DNA from: Candidatus Cloacimonadales bacterium | GTDB lineage: Bacteria > Cloacimonadota > Cloacimonadia > Cloacimonadales > JAFGVF01 | Length of the DNA stretch: 64,000 nt | Direction of reading: 5' to 3' | NCBI GenBank assembly: GCA_963678315.1 | Contig: OY782781.1 | Location: forward strand, 1,440,001-1,504,000 | Shown: piece after piece, positions 49,727 to 59,700 of the stretch | Position numbering within the stretch: position 1 is the stretch's first letter | Layout of the letters: each line of letters starts with the position of its first letter | Notes under the pieces: model-generated | The model's database searches: none | Seen by the model: the letters and a program-made list of their open reading frames with translations, nothing else | Told to the model about the DNA's origin: nothing | Made by a program: the position numbers and the translations under genes

Positions 49727-50307
49727 GTAAGCATGAACTATGTTCAACCTATCGGCGGATGCTTACACTCCATCTTGTCCAGTCCTAAATAATTTGACTG
49801 TTTTTCGTGTTATTCGTGCTTTTCGTGGTAAACTTTTCTGTTTGCAGATAAAGCTTAGCCTTTATGTCGCCCTTTCAGGGCTTTTTTTATTTTTTAACTA
49901 TTACATGGAGGGCAAGCCTCCATGCTTAGTATATGCCACCCCTTCGGGGTTTTTATGGATAGCATCTCCTCACTCCTTGTCCAGTCCTAAATAATTTGAC
50001 TGTTTTTCGTGTTATTCGTGCTTTTCGTGGTAAACTTCTCTGTTTGCAGATAAAGCTTAGCCTTTATGTCGCCCTTTTAGGGCTTTTTTTATTTTTTAAC
50101 TATTACATGGAGGGCAAGCCTCCATGCTTAGTATATGCCACCCCTTCGGGACCAAAATGTCCTTTCAGGACAAAGCAAGGTATTTGCGTAAGCATGAACT
50201 ATGTTCAACCTATCGGTGGATGCTTACACTCCATCTCTCTCCTTACTTCTAACTGCTAACTTAAGTGTCTCATTGAAAAATTGGCTTTTTTTCAAAGAGG
50301 CAAGTAA
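49727..50307. repeat. REP mosaic containing a 175-bp tandem duplication
   Basis: 49774-49948 repeated at 49976-50150; flanked by gtaagcatgaactatgttcaacctatcggYggatgcttacactccatct at 49727-49775 and 50188-50236. Confidence 0.9.
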
Positions 50308-50415
50308 GGATGACCTTAATTACACAAGACAAGAGATAGAGAATAAGATAAAGCTTGACTTATTATGATTACAATCTAGAGGTAATATAAAAACAGATTT
50401 AACGGGAGTTAGCTT

Positions 50416-50988
50416 ATGGCAAAACTTGTAACAAGGAAGAAGATACTCACAGCGGCAGAGAATTTATTTGCTAAGAATGGGTATGATGGAGTTCCAACAA
50501 AGCTGATAGCACAAGAAGCTGGTGTAACGGAAATGACTCTTTTTAATCATTTCCATACCAAAGAGAATCTTTACAGGACAGTAGTGACCGAAAGGTTTAT
50601 GTCTTTTGAAATTGAATCAACCTTTAGTGAATTAACATATAATGATTTGGAAGCAGATTTGAAAGTTATAACAGACCATCAGATAAAGAATTTCTTGGAT
50701 AATAAGCACATTTTAATGATGCGTCTCAAGGAGAGGGAGAGTTTCTTAGAAGATGATAATTTCAAATTAGAGCATGATCCAATGTTTAAGCAGATACTAC
50801 CTTTCTTCAAAGTATATGAAGAGAAGGGCTTAGTAAATAGACCAGGTGAGAATGTAGCTTTATCTTTTATTGCTACTTTAAAAGGCATTCTATATGTTTC
50901 GCTGATTGAGGATAAGACCAGTCAATATATTGAAAGCTTTGTTAGTGATTATATTAACATCTTTTGTTGCGGGGTTTTGGTAAAATAA
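50416..50988 (+). CDS. TetR/AcrR family transcriptional regulator
   Basis: ILTAAENLFAKNGYDG..IAQEAGVTEMTLFNHFHTKENL. Confidence 0.93.
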   Translation: MAKLVTRKKILTAAENLFAKNGYDGVPTKLIAQEAGVTEMTLFNHFHTKENLYRTVVTERFMSFEIESTFSELTYNDLEADLKVITDHQIKNFLDNKHILMMRLKERESFLEDDNFKLEHDPMFKQILPFFKVYEEKGLVNRPGENVALSFIATLKGILYVSLIEDKTSQYIESFVSDYINIFCCGVLVK

Positions 50989-51134
50989 GGGAAAGCACAT
51001 ACAAACATAATGAATCTTGATGGCTTGAAGCAAATGATTCTTTTGTAAGAAAAACTTTGACCATAACAGTGTTAATTTTTGTTGACAGACTTGCACAACT
51101 TGAAGCTTTTTGTTAAGAAAAACTGGAGTTATCT

Positions 51135-52127
51135 ATGTCTATACCATTAGTTCATGTAAGTCGTGGGAAGATTATTGAATCTATTCACAGAGGGGATTTA
51201 GTAGTTGTTGATGGCAAAGGGGATGTAATATATTCCTTAGGTGATGAGGATAAACTTACTTACTTTCGTTCTTCTGCAAAACCAATACAGGCTATAAATA
51301 TAATTCTATCTGGAGCTTATGAAGCTTTTAACCTAAGTGAAAAGGAGTTAGCGGTATGCTGTTCTTCTCATTATGCAGAACCCTTTCACATTGAGGCGGT
51401 TCAGTCTATTTTAGATAAGATTGGACTTAACAAACATAATATTCTTGGGGGAATTGCACCATCACTTAATCCTAAAATCGCTTTAGAACAAGCAAGGGCT
51501 GGTATTGAGATAGATGAAAGATTTAGTGATTGTTCTGGTAAACAGTCAGGCATGCTAGCTGTTTGTCAGAAAAGAGGATACTCAGTGCATAATTATCTTA
51601 ATCCTGATCATCCATGTCAACAAGAGATCCTTAATAATATTGCTAGATTTTGTGAATATGATGCTAATCTAATTTCTATAGGGATTGATGGTTGTTCTGC
51701 ACCAGTTCATGCTCTTCCCATAAAGAATATGGCGATAGGCTTTAGAAATATTGCTAATCCTGAAAACCTAAGTGCAGAAGATAGACAGGCAAGCCAGCTA
51801 ATCTTTTCGGCTATGAATAATCATCCTGAAATGGTGTCAGGAACAGGAGGCTTTTGCACAGAATTAATTAAACACTCTAATGGAAAACTCATTGGAAAAG
51901 TTGGAGCTGAAGGTGTTTATTGTATCGGTGTTAAAGGTATGAATATTGCTATTGCTCTAAAGATAGAATCTGGTTCTATGGCTGTTATTCCTCCTGTAAT
52001 AATGAAAGTTCTTAAAGACTTAAATGTTCTTAATCAAAATGACATAAAGAATTTAAAGAAGTTTGTAGAAATAGATAATGTAAATGATAGAGGAACAGTA
52101 GTAGGGACGATTAAAGTAGCATTTTAG
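51135..52127 (+). CDS. L-asparaginase II (rhizobial type)
   Basis: ESIHRG, RSSAKPIQA, DCSGKQ (canonical NCSGKH), GIDGCSAP, GKVGAEGV. Confidence 0.85.
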   Translation: MSIPLVHVSRGKIIESIHRGDLVVVDGKGDVIYSLGDEDKLTYFRSSAKPIQAINIILSGAYEAFNLSEKELAVCCSSHYAEPFHIEAVQSILDKIGLNKHNILGGIAPSLNPKIALEQARAGIEIDERFSDCSGKQSGMLAVCQKRGYSVHNYLNPDHPCQQEILNNIARFCEYDANLISIGIDGCSAPVHALPIKNMAIGFRNIANPENLSAEDRQASQLIFSAMNNHPEMVSGTGGFCTELIKHSNGKLIGKVGAEGVYCIGVKGMNIAIALKIESGSMAVIPPVIMKVLKDLNVLNQNDIKNLKKFVEIDNVNDRGTVVGTIKVAF

Positions 52128-52149
52128 AGACCTTCGACTGAAGGTCTCT
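52126..52149. terminator. Hairpin between convergent genes
   Basis: agagaccttc-gact-gaaggtctct, perfect 10-bp stem. Confidence 0.7.
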
Positions 52150-52158
52150 CTTGATAAT

Positions 52159-53052
52159 CTATTTTCTAGAAGTCATTACCGTATCGTAAGCTTCGTTAAT
52201 CTTAACCATTTCATTATGGGCGAATTCTAGAAATTCTTCAGGTAAGCCTTTACTTTGAAGTTTATCTGGGTGGAACTTAGCCACCTTCTTTCTATAGCTC
52301 TTTTTGATAGTTGAATCATCCATGTCCGGACTACATTCAAGAATTTCATAAGCCTCACCTAGTTTACCATAAGCTTTTTGAGAGTGGCTATGTGATTCTT
52401 GCTTAGAATTAGAATCGGAGTAAGAGGAACGTCTTTGTTCGGAGTCATTATTAGAGTAAGAATTATAGCTTGATCTTTGATGATAGGACTGTTGATTTCT
52501 AGCTCTTTGAGATTTTACATGTTCTCTATATTCTGCTTCTGCCTCAGTCTCTTCTCCTAAGATTAGAATGCGTATAGCTTCATTGATTATCTCTTCTTCA
52601 TTCTTAGAAACAATACCATCTGCTATTGAAACTTCTCTCATTGAGTTAATTAGTAGCTGACAAACTTCTTTGTTGTACTCAACTATCTCACCAAACTGCC
52701 TTATGTAAGCACAAACTGGGGTTGAATCTTTGATAGCATTGTTGAATATTTTACGAGTTACGTCAGCTGTAGTCCCTTGTAATTTTAGCTTTTGGACAAT
52801 TATATTATTCACAGCATTTATTTCTTCGGTTGTAACAACATTATCAGCTTTAGCAATTTTGGCTAAGACTGTAAAGAAGCATGTATAAAAAGCAATTTGC
52901 TTTGTTTCTTGAGCATTACGTTTAAAATCTTGACCATTGGAAGCTTTTCTATCTCCAAATGTAGATCCTATCGATGCTCCTAACAAAGCACCCAAAGGTC
53001 CACCAAACAATGCACCTAATCCGCCTCCAATAAGTGTTCCAAAGAGTCCCAT
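52159..53052 (-). CDS. djlA: DjlA-like co-chaperone (TerB-like + J domain)
   Basis: GGPLGALLGA, KIAKAD, AYEILEC...KFHPDKLQSKGLPEE...INEAY; GAGG RBS favours start 53052. Confidence 0.85.
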   Translation of the reverse strand: MGLFGTLIGGGLGALFGGPLGALLGASIGSTFGDRKASNGQDFKRNAQETKQIAFYTCFFTVLAKIAKADNVVTTEEINAVNNIIVQKLKLQGTTADVTRKIFNNAIKDSTPVCAYIRQFGEIVEYNKEVCQLLINSMREVSIADGIVSKNEEEIINEAIRILILGEETEAEAEYREHVKSQRARNQQSYHQRSSYNSYSNNDSEQRRSSYSDSNSKQESHSHSQKAYGKLGEAYEILECSPDMDDSTIKKSYRKKVAKFHPDKLQSKGLPEEFLEFAHNEMVKINEAYDTVMTSRK

Positions 53053-53151
53053 ATTTACCTCACATATAAATTTAAATAAAATAAAAAAAACAAGTTCTGC
53101 GTTGTCAATCATTTATTTAGGGATGACTTCATTCTTAAGCCATTTACAATG

Positions 53152-53321
53152 TTAAACCCAGATGATGTATTAGGTTTGACGAAAATAGTGCAGATTCTTT
53201 CCGCAAAATAGCTTACAGAATCGAAGCTTGAATAATATATATTCTAGTTGAGATTATGAAAGTTATTCTTGCCAAATAATATAGTGCTATTTTTCAAGTC
53301 CTAGTGCATTATTTGGGCTAA
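53152..53321 (+). mobile_element. 170-bp palindromic element, copy 3 (diverged)
   Basis: Same core as copies 1 and 2; ends cccagatgatgtattagg / cctagtgcattatttggg. Confidence 0.75.
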
Positions 53322-53345
53322 ATGTTAAGAAATATTAACAAACTC

Positions 53346-53374
53346 TTGACACTAATTTTTATGAAGTCTATAAT
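53346..53374 (+). promoter_or_regulatory. Consensus sigma70 promoter
   Basis: TTGACA-N17-TATAAT exact match. Confidence 0.8.
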
Positions 53375-53513
53375 GACCAAGTGAAGTTATATCTTGGATT
53401 TGGGAATTATGCTAAAGTGTTTATCAAACTTAACGGGTTTAATATTGTGTATTATTTTAACTTGTCCAGTCCAAGAATTGATTAATTAATTGTTTTGGAA
53501 AAATGGAGGAGTT

Positions 53514-54140
53514 ATGGAACTCACAGTTGGAAATGTTATTAAAGAAAGTATTGCAAAAGGTTTAAAGAATTTTGCGCCACTAGCAGTTAATGTTCTATTA
53601 TGGATAGTTACTTTTTGGATTCCTTACATCAATATTGGTACAACAATTGGATTATTTGTAGGAATTATGACAAAAATAGCTAAAGACGAACCACTATCAA
53701 TGACAGAGATTTTTAATGAAAAATATCGTAAAAACTTTGGGGAATACATTATTGTATCATCATTAATGGCTATGGGTATTTATGTTGGAATGCTGTTCAT
53801 GGTAATTCCTGGTATAATTATTGCTATAGCTTGGTCACTTGCTGTTCCATTAGTTATAGATAAAGAAATAAATCCTTCTGAAGCTATATCACTCAGCAAC
53901 AAACTTACTTATGGTCACAAATGGGCTATTTTTGGAAGCCAGTTCTTACTAGGGTTAATAATCTACATAGCAATAGCTATTGTAACAGCAATAGTTTCAA
54001 TGATTTTAGGCTTCTTAGGAGCATTAGTAGGTCTAGCAGGATTTGCTCTTATGGTAAGCATAATGATTGCTGCTCAATCAGTAATATATAATTCACTTAC
54101 AGCTCATATGAATCCTAAAGAGATAGAAACAAATTTATAA
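53514..54140 (+). CDS. Integral membrane protein (DUF975/UPF0259-like)
   Basis: GGAGG RBS, IPGIIIAIAWSLA...EAISLSNKLTYGHKW. Confidence 0.75.
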   Translation: MELTVGNVIKESIAKGLKNFAPLAVNVLLWIVTFWIPYINIGTTIGLFVGIMTKIAKDEPLSMTEIFNEKYRKNFGEYIIVSSLMAMGIYVGMLFMVIPGIIIAIAWSLAVPLVIDKEINPSEAISLSNKLTYGHKWAIFGSQFLLGLIIYIAIAIVTAIVSMILGFLGALVGLAGFALMVSIMIAAQSVIYNSLTAHMNPKEIETNL

Positions 54141-54167
54141 TTAATCTGTTTAGAAGTACAATATAAT

Positions 54168-54198
54168 GAGAGTGTATAAATAAATGCACTCTCTTTTT
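54168..54198 (+). terminator. Intrinsic terminator
   Basis: gagagtgtat-n-atgcactctc followed by a T run. Confidence 0.7.
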
Positions 54199-54255
54199 CT
54201 ATTGACTAGTTTCGTAAATATAATCATCTTAGAAAAAAACCATTAAGGAAAGGCT

Positions 54256-55422
54256 ATGCAATATAGAAAACTAAGAAATACCAAAGAAGAAGTATCTGTT
54301 TTAGGTTTTGGAGCAATGAGACTACCGATAATTGACAAAGATTCAAGTAACATTAATGAAGCACTTGCTACTGAGATGATTAGATTTGCTATTGATAATG
54401 GGGTAAACTATGTTGATACAGCTTGGCCCTATCATGGTTCAGGAATGGGTGCTCCAGGTATGAGTGAACCTTTTATTGGGAAAGTTCTTCAAGATGGTTA
54501 TAGAGAAAAAGTACTTCTAGCTACTAAGCTTCCAACTTGGTTAGTTGATTCACGTGAGAAAATGGATGAACTTCTTGACCAACAACTTAAAAGACTACAA
54601 ACAGACTATATTGACTTCTATTTAGTTCATACCTTAAATAAAAGGTCTTGGCCTAAAGTAAAAGAATTAGGTATAATAGATTTTCTTGAAAAAGCTAAAC
54701 AAGCTGGCAAAATAAAGCATATAGGTTTCTCTTTTCATGATGATTTACCTACTTTCAAAACTATTGTCGATGAATATGATTGGGAGTTTTGTCAGATACA
54801 GTATAACTATTTGGATGTGAAATACCAAGCTGGTTTTGATGGAATGAAATACGCCTATAACAAAGGTCTTGATGTTATTATTATGGAACCATTAAGAGGT
54901 GGCTCTTTGATTAACAATCTAGCTCCAGAGATAGAAGAGTTATATGCTAATGTTAAGGAAAAGAAGTCTCCTGCTGAATGGGCATTAAGATGGCTGTGGA
55001 ATCAGGAAGAAGTAGCTTTGCTTCTTTCTGGCATGTCTACTATGGAACAGGTAAAAGAAAATATTGAAATAGCTGATAGAGGAGAGATAGATTCTTTTAC
55101 TGATGAGGAGAATAAGGTAATGGAAGAGGTGCAAGAAATATTTATGTCCAAGCTCAAAGTAAATTGCACTAAGTGTAGGTATTGTATGCCATGTCCGCAA
55201 GGAGTAAACATTCCTGAGATATTCACGATATATAATAATGGATATCTGTCTGATAATATTAAACAAGCTCAGTTTATGTATAATATGGGTTTCTCGGCTA
55301 ATGAGAAGGCTTCTGCTTGTGTTGCTTGCGGTAAGTGTGAGAGTCATTGTCCGCAGGGAATTGATATTATAAATAAGCTAAAGATAATCAAAGAAGAGTT
55401 TGAACAAGAAGTGCAAAACTAA
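54256..55422 (+). CDS. Aldo/keto reductase with C-terminal 4Fe-4S dicluster
   Basis: SVLGFGAMRLP, NYVDTAWPYH, IGFSFHD, QIQYNY, CTKCRYCMPCP, CVACGKCESHCP. Confidence 0.93.
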   Translation: MQYRKLRNTKEEVSVLGFGAMRLPIIDKDSSNINEALATEMIRFAIDNGVNYVDTAWPYHGSGMGAPGMSEPFIGKVLQDGYREKVLLATKLPTWLVDSREKMDELLDQQLKRLQTDYIDFYLVHTLNKRSWPKVKELGIIDFLEKAKQAGKIKHIGFSFHDDLPTFKTIVDEYDWEFCQIQYNYLDVKYQAGFDGMKYAYNKGLDVIIMEPLRGGSLINNLAPEIEELYANVKEKKSPAEWALRWLWNQEEVALLLSGMSTMEQVKENIEIADRGEIDSFTDEENKVMEEVQEIFMSKLKVNCTKCRYCMPCPQGVNIPEIFTIYNNGYLSDNIKQAQFMYNMGFSANEKASACVACGKCESHCPQGIDIINKLKIIKEEFEQEVQN

Positions 55423-55459
55423 GAATCGCAGGGTATAGTAAGAATTATTAAGGAGAAGC

Positions 55460-57142
55460 ATGAGTTGGATTTTTGGGACGATAAGCAAGAAGCAAGAAGA
55501 TAAACATAAAGTAGAGCATATCATTCAGAGAAGCGATTTGCTTCTTAAAGCAGAAAGTAGAAACAGCATTATCCTGGCAGGTGGTAATTCCAGCACTTGT
55601 AGAATTATAAGAAAATCTAATTTAAAAGTTATTGTAATAGGAATGCCTTTCTTGGATAAAGGTCTGTTACCAGCAATAGATAGTGAATTACTAGATATAG
55701 CTTTAAATCGACAATATAAGAAGCTTACAGGAGCTTATATATTGGTTGTCTGTAATGGTAAGATGCTTGAAATCTATACGGATAATATGAATCTTAGGAA
55801 AGTTTATATTTATGAAGATAATCAGACAATATGCTTCTCTACAAATAAGTTCTGGATTAAAAAATGTTTAGGATTATCCATAGACTTAGAATCGTTAGGT
55901 ATCTATTGGAAGACTGGAATCTGCAATGGTAAAAGTTTTGTAGAAGATGTCTCAACAGTATCGGGTGGCAATTCTATCTCAATTACTAATTCTGTTGTAA
56001 TAAAAAAGGATTCAATTAAAATAAGACCAGATAAATGTAGTCTAGCTCAGCTCGAAAACAAACTTGTAAGACAGTTAAAGAGTCTAGATAACATTAGTTT
56101 AGGTTTGTCTGGAGGGATGGATTCAAGGACTATCCTTGCACTTCTTTTGAAAGAGAAAATAGATTTTACAGCACACACTTTTGGTGAGAAGACTAACTAT
56201 GATGTGCAAATTGCTAAAGAGCTTGGACGGAAGTTTGGCTTTAAAGTAAAGCATTATAGTCCTGATATTCTTAGTGATAAGTCTGACATAATTAATAGGG
56301 TAGAGGACTTCATAGAAGAGACTGAAGGAACTATTCCCTTGGTCTCAATGCCACTGAAAGAATACTTTACTGAATTGAATAAACAGGGAAAGATCATGAT
56401 AGATGGTGGCTTTATTACTAATCTAAGAAGATACTCCTATAATAAATCAATCCTTAAGCTTAGAAGTGAGATTCTTAATAATGATGCTCAAGCTTTGTTT
56501 AATGTTTTTAAGACTAATAAGGCTGATATATTCACTAAAGACTATAATGACTTATTCTACAACAAATCTATTGAGCAACTTCAAAATATACTCAAAGAAA
56601 ATCCATTTACAGATAGTAAATCTATTGGTGATAAGCTTGATTTAATCAAGATGAAACACCTTTATCAATATTTCTATTCTCCAGGGCAAGCATATTACGA
56701 TAACTATCTGCCAAATATAATGCTGGGAGCTCATAATGAAATACTTAGCAATATGATGTCATTCAGTGTAGATGAAAGAAAGAACTCTAGATTGAACTAT
56801 AAAATCATAAATTCTGCATCTAAGGACTTGAATAAAATCCCTTATGTAAGGTATAATAGTCTCATGAAAACCCCTAGAAATATATATGTAGCTTACTTAA
56901 AAGGAAGAATAAACTCTAAACTTGGTAAAGTATATATTAGGAAGGATATACATCAACTTTTTAATAAGCTGAAGCCATGGATTTATGATAATCTGCCACT
57001 TGTCTATAGACAGTTTCCCGATTTATTAGCTCGAGATGAAGTGGAAATAGCAATGTTACAATACTATAAGAATGGGGACTTGAGTCAGGTCAATAGAATT
57101 AACTCTATTGCTCAAATCGTAGGAGTGTTAAAAAAATATTGA
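55460..57142 (+). CDS. Asparagine synthase-related ATP pyrophosphatase protein
   Basis: LGLSGGMDSRTIL, DVQIAKE; degenerate Ntn-like N-terminus MSWIFG. Confidence 0.7.
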   Translation: MSWIFGTISKKQEDKHKVEHIIQRSDLLLKAESRNSIILAGGNSSTCRIIRKSNLKVIVIGMPFLDKGLLPAIDSELLDIALNRQYKKLTGAYILVVCNGKMLEIYTDNMNLRKVYIYEDNQTICFSTNKFWIKKCLGLSIDLESLGIYWKTGICNGKSFVEDVSTVSGGNSISITNSVVIKKDSIKIRPDKCSLAQLENKLVRQLKSLDNISLGLSGGMDSRTILALLLKEKIDFTAHTFGEKTNYDVQIAKELGRKFGFKVKHYSPDILSDKSDIINRVEDFIEETEGTIPLVSMPLKEYFTELNKQGKIMIDGGFITNLRRYSYNKSILKLRSEILNNDAQALFNVFKTNKADIFTKDYNDLFYNKSIEQLQNILKENPFTDSKSIGDKLDLIKMKHLYQYFYSPGQAYYDNYLPNIMLGAHNEILSNMMSFSVDERKNSRLNYKIINSASKDLNKIPYVRYNSLMKTPRNIYVAYLKGRINSKLGKVYIRKDIHQLFNKLKPWIYDNLPLVYRQFPDLLARDEVEIAMLQYYKNGDLSQVNRINSIAQIVGVLKKY

Positions 57143-57225
57143 CATATAATATTTATAATGATAACTTATCCAATGAGTTCACGTTATTTCATTATTCTTA
57201 ACAATGAATACAAAAGGAGTAAGTT

Positions 57226-57612
57226 ATGAAAAAAATTATGTTTTTAATGGTGGTTTTAGTTTTATTGGTTGGATGTTCAGCTATGCAAAAGAAAGTTACC
57301 TTCCCAGCTTCAGATGATATCTTCGTTACTACTGGAGATGGTAATATTCAAAAACCGTATACACCAATTGGTCAGTTATTTTATTGGGATCAAGGATTTA
57401 GAATTCCTGCTCCAATACTTGGTTTAATCCCATTTAAAGATGTTGACGCTGATGTTGCACTCAAGCAAGCAATTTACAAAGAAGTACGTAGAATGGGTGG
57501 TGATGGTATAATTAATATGAGTATTAGTTGGGAACCATCTTCTCCTGGAATCTTAGGATTTATGGCAGATGGTGGTTCAGTAGCAGTATATGGTACCGTT
57601 ATAAAAAGATAG
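57226..57612 (+). CDS. Lipoprotein (YbjQ-like fold possible)
   Basis: Lipobox LVGC, AGGAG RBS, EVRRMGGDGIIN...VYGTVIK. Confidence 0.75.
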   Translation: MKKIMFLMVVLVLLVGCSAMQKKVTFPASDDIFVTTGDGNIQKPYTPIGQLFYWDQGFRIPAPILGLIPFKDVDADVALKQAIYKEVRRMGGDGIINMSISWEPSSPGILGFMADGGSVAVYGTVIKR

Positions 57613-57759
57613 CCAAGAAATATTTCATTCATCGTGATATAATAACTTATCACACATAATAATATGTTTGGAAAATTATCGTGAACTCATTTTTCTTGTA
57701 CTATATGAGTGGTTAAACCATTCATATTATTAGCAATCATCAAGATAAAAGGATTATAT

Positions 57760-58572
57760 ATGTGTAAAAAAAACTATCTAGTAATCTTTCTTATAGTAGT
57801 AACTTTTTTTCTTTATTCTGAAACTAGTCAGCAATGTGAAAATAGATTAAAAAAAGAGATAAGCGTGAATGAAGTTGACAGGGAGATAATGTTTACTACT
57901 AGTGATTCTCGGGAGTTTCAAGAAAATAAGATTGATACATCAATTTTGTTAACTAAACTTAAAGATGGAAATGGTGGCAAAAGTAAATCTATTTTGAAAT
58001 TGGAACCTATAACTGTTAACTTGAACTTTTGCTATTTTGGTTTTTACAAAACAAGTTCTGGAACCTGGGTAGGGAAATCTAATATTGATGTTACAATAAT
58101 AGATCCTTATAATACTTCATTCAATGAAGAGAAAACAATATCTACTGAAATTGTTTTTAAAAAGAAATGGAGATTGAAATCTTCATTACGTAATCAATGG
58201 TCATCAGAGCTTATAGACAAAGTTAATGAAGATGTAGTTAAGTATTTGGAAAACTATTTAAAAAGTTCTCAGAACAACTATAAAACAGTTTCTTCTTATG
58301 GTAAATCAATCATTGTTGATGATAATGATAAAAAATATAAACTAGCAGTCTTAGATGCATTAAATCAAGCATGTATTTTGGCTTGGGGAATGCAGATTGA
58401 GTCGACAACTACAATGATTGATTTAGCAGATATTGAAGAAATAACTAAAAGTACTTCAAAGGGATTGGTGTTAAATTATAAAGTAGTTGAGGATTTAACT
58501 ACTGAAACAGAAGAAGGTGATTTTTATATATTTTTACACTCAATAATTTTGAATCCAGCAAGAAATAAGTAG
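57760..58572 (+). CDS. Secreted hypothetical protein
   Basis: Signal-like N-terminus at ATG 57760; C-terminal LAVLDALNQA region resembles FlgT-N/LPP20-like domains. Confidence 0.6.
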   Translation: MCKKNYLVIFLIVVTFFLYSETSQQCENRLKKEISVNEVDREIMFTTSDSREFQENKIDTSILLTKLKDGNGGKSKSILKLEPITVNLNFCYFGFYKTSSGTWVGKSNIDVTIIDPYNTSFNEEKTISTEIVFKKKWRLKSSLRNQWSSELIDKVNEDVVKYLENYLKSSQNNYKTVSSYGKSIIVDDNDKKYKLAVLDALNQACILAWGMQIESTTTMIDLADIEEITKSTSKGLVLNYKVVEDLTTETEEGDFYIFLHSIILNPARNK

Positions 58573-58577
58573 GAACC

Positions 58578-59060
58578 ATGAAAAATATTATTTGGATATT
58601 TATAGCAATAGTTATATCTTGCAATAATGTTAAACAAACTAGAACAGTTATTAAGGAAGATAGTAATAGTAAACAGATTATAGAAGAAAAATTAATCAAT
58701 AACGAAGTTGTAGAAAACTGTAAAAAAATATGGGAATATGAATATATTGAAGCTATTGGACAGATACCTGTACTAAAAAAATATGATGATGATGTAAGAA
58801 ATATTGCATTAGCTAGAAGAGGTGCTATTTTAGATGCTCAAAGAGAAATCGCAAGAAAAATCACATCTACATCTATTACTGAAACTGTAGTTTTATCTGA
58901 CCTTGAGAGTTCAGATTATGTTCAATCATATTTAAACACAAAGATCCAAAATTTAGAGATAGTAGATGAATTTTACGATGAAGATAAAAGAACTTATCGA
59001 GTTAAAGTTCGTATGCCAAAAGAATCCTTAATAATAATACTAGAACAGTATATTGACTAA
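58578..59060 (+). CDS. LPP20-like lipoprotein
   Basis: Lipobox VISC; LARRGAILDAQREIA. Confidence 0.7.
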   Translation: MKNIIWIFIAIVISCNNVKQTRTVIKEDSNSKQIIEEKLINNEVVENCKKIWEYEYIEAIGQIPVLKKYDDDVRNIALARRGAILDAQREIARKITSTSITETVVLSDLESSDYVQSYLNTKIQNLEIVDEFYDEDKRTYRVKVRMPKESLIIILEQYID

Positions 59061-59140
59061 TATGTTTTGAAGATTTTCAGATTTAAATTGATATACTAAA
59101 TATATAATTATTGATCTAATATAACTAAGTTGAGGACTTT

Positions 59141-59539
59141 ATGCTAGGTCAATTACATCATATCGAGATTTATGTAAAAGATTTAGAAGTAACAGTAGAA
59201 TTTTGGGGTTGGCTCTTAAACAAACTTGGTTATCAAGTATATCAAGAATGGGAACAAGGTATATCTTATATTCTTGGAGATAGTTATATAGTCTTTGTTC
59301 AAGTTGAAGACAAGTATTTGGATATTCCTTATCATAGGTGTAGAGCCGGACTTAATCATCTAGCTTTTCATGGAGGAACTAGGGCTGACATTGATACAAT
59401 TACCAATGAGTTGAGAGCAAGAAAAATCAACATACTTTATGAAGATAGACATCCTTTTGCTGGTGGGGAAGGCTACTATGCTGTCTATTTTGAAGATCCA
59501 GATAGAATGAAAGTTGAAATTGTAGCAAAAGATTTCTAG
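59141..59539 (+). CDS. VOC/glyoxalase family protein
   Basis: LHHIEIYV, GLNHLAFH, YAVYFEDPDRMKVE. Confidence 0.92.
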   Translation: MLGQLHHIEIYVKDLEVTVEFWGWLLNKLGYQVYQEWEQGISYILGDSYIVFVQVEDKYLDIPYHRCRAGLNHLAFHGGTRADIDTITNELRARKINILYEDRHPFAGGEGYYAVYFEDPDRMKVEIVAKDF

Positions 59540-59700
59540 GAATTTATTGACATAATTGTGATTAAGCTAATTTTGCAAGCATGAAAAAAAGAAGATTATG
59601 TTTTTGTTGGTGGCGAGGAAATTAGTTTATCCATGAAAATGACTACACTTTTCTTATAAATAAGTAAAAGAAAAGATATATAAATTTTCTAGGAGGAATA

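Noticed and set aside
49740..50259. Two similar short ORFs (84 and 87 aa)
   Set aside because: They are translations of the duplicated REP block, with no RBS or protein-like features
49457..50415. DGR template repeat or RT near the FGE target
   Set aside because: No AAC-rich copy of the variable region found by eye on either strand in the intergenic regions, and no RT-like ORF in the track
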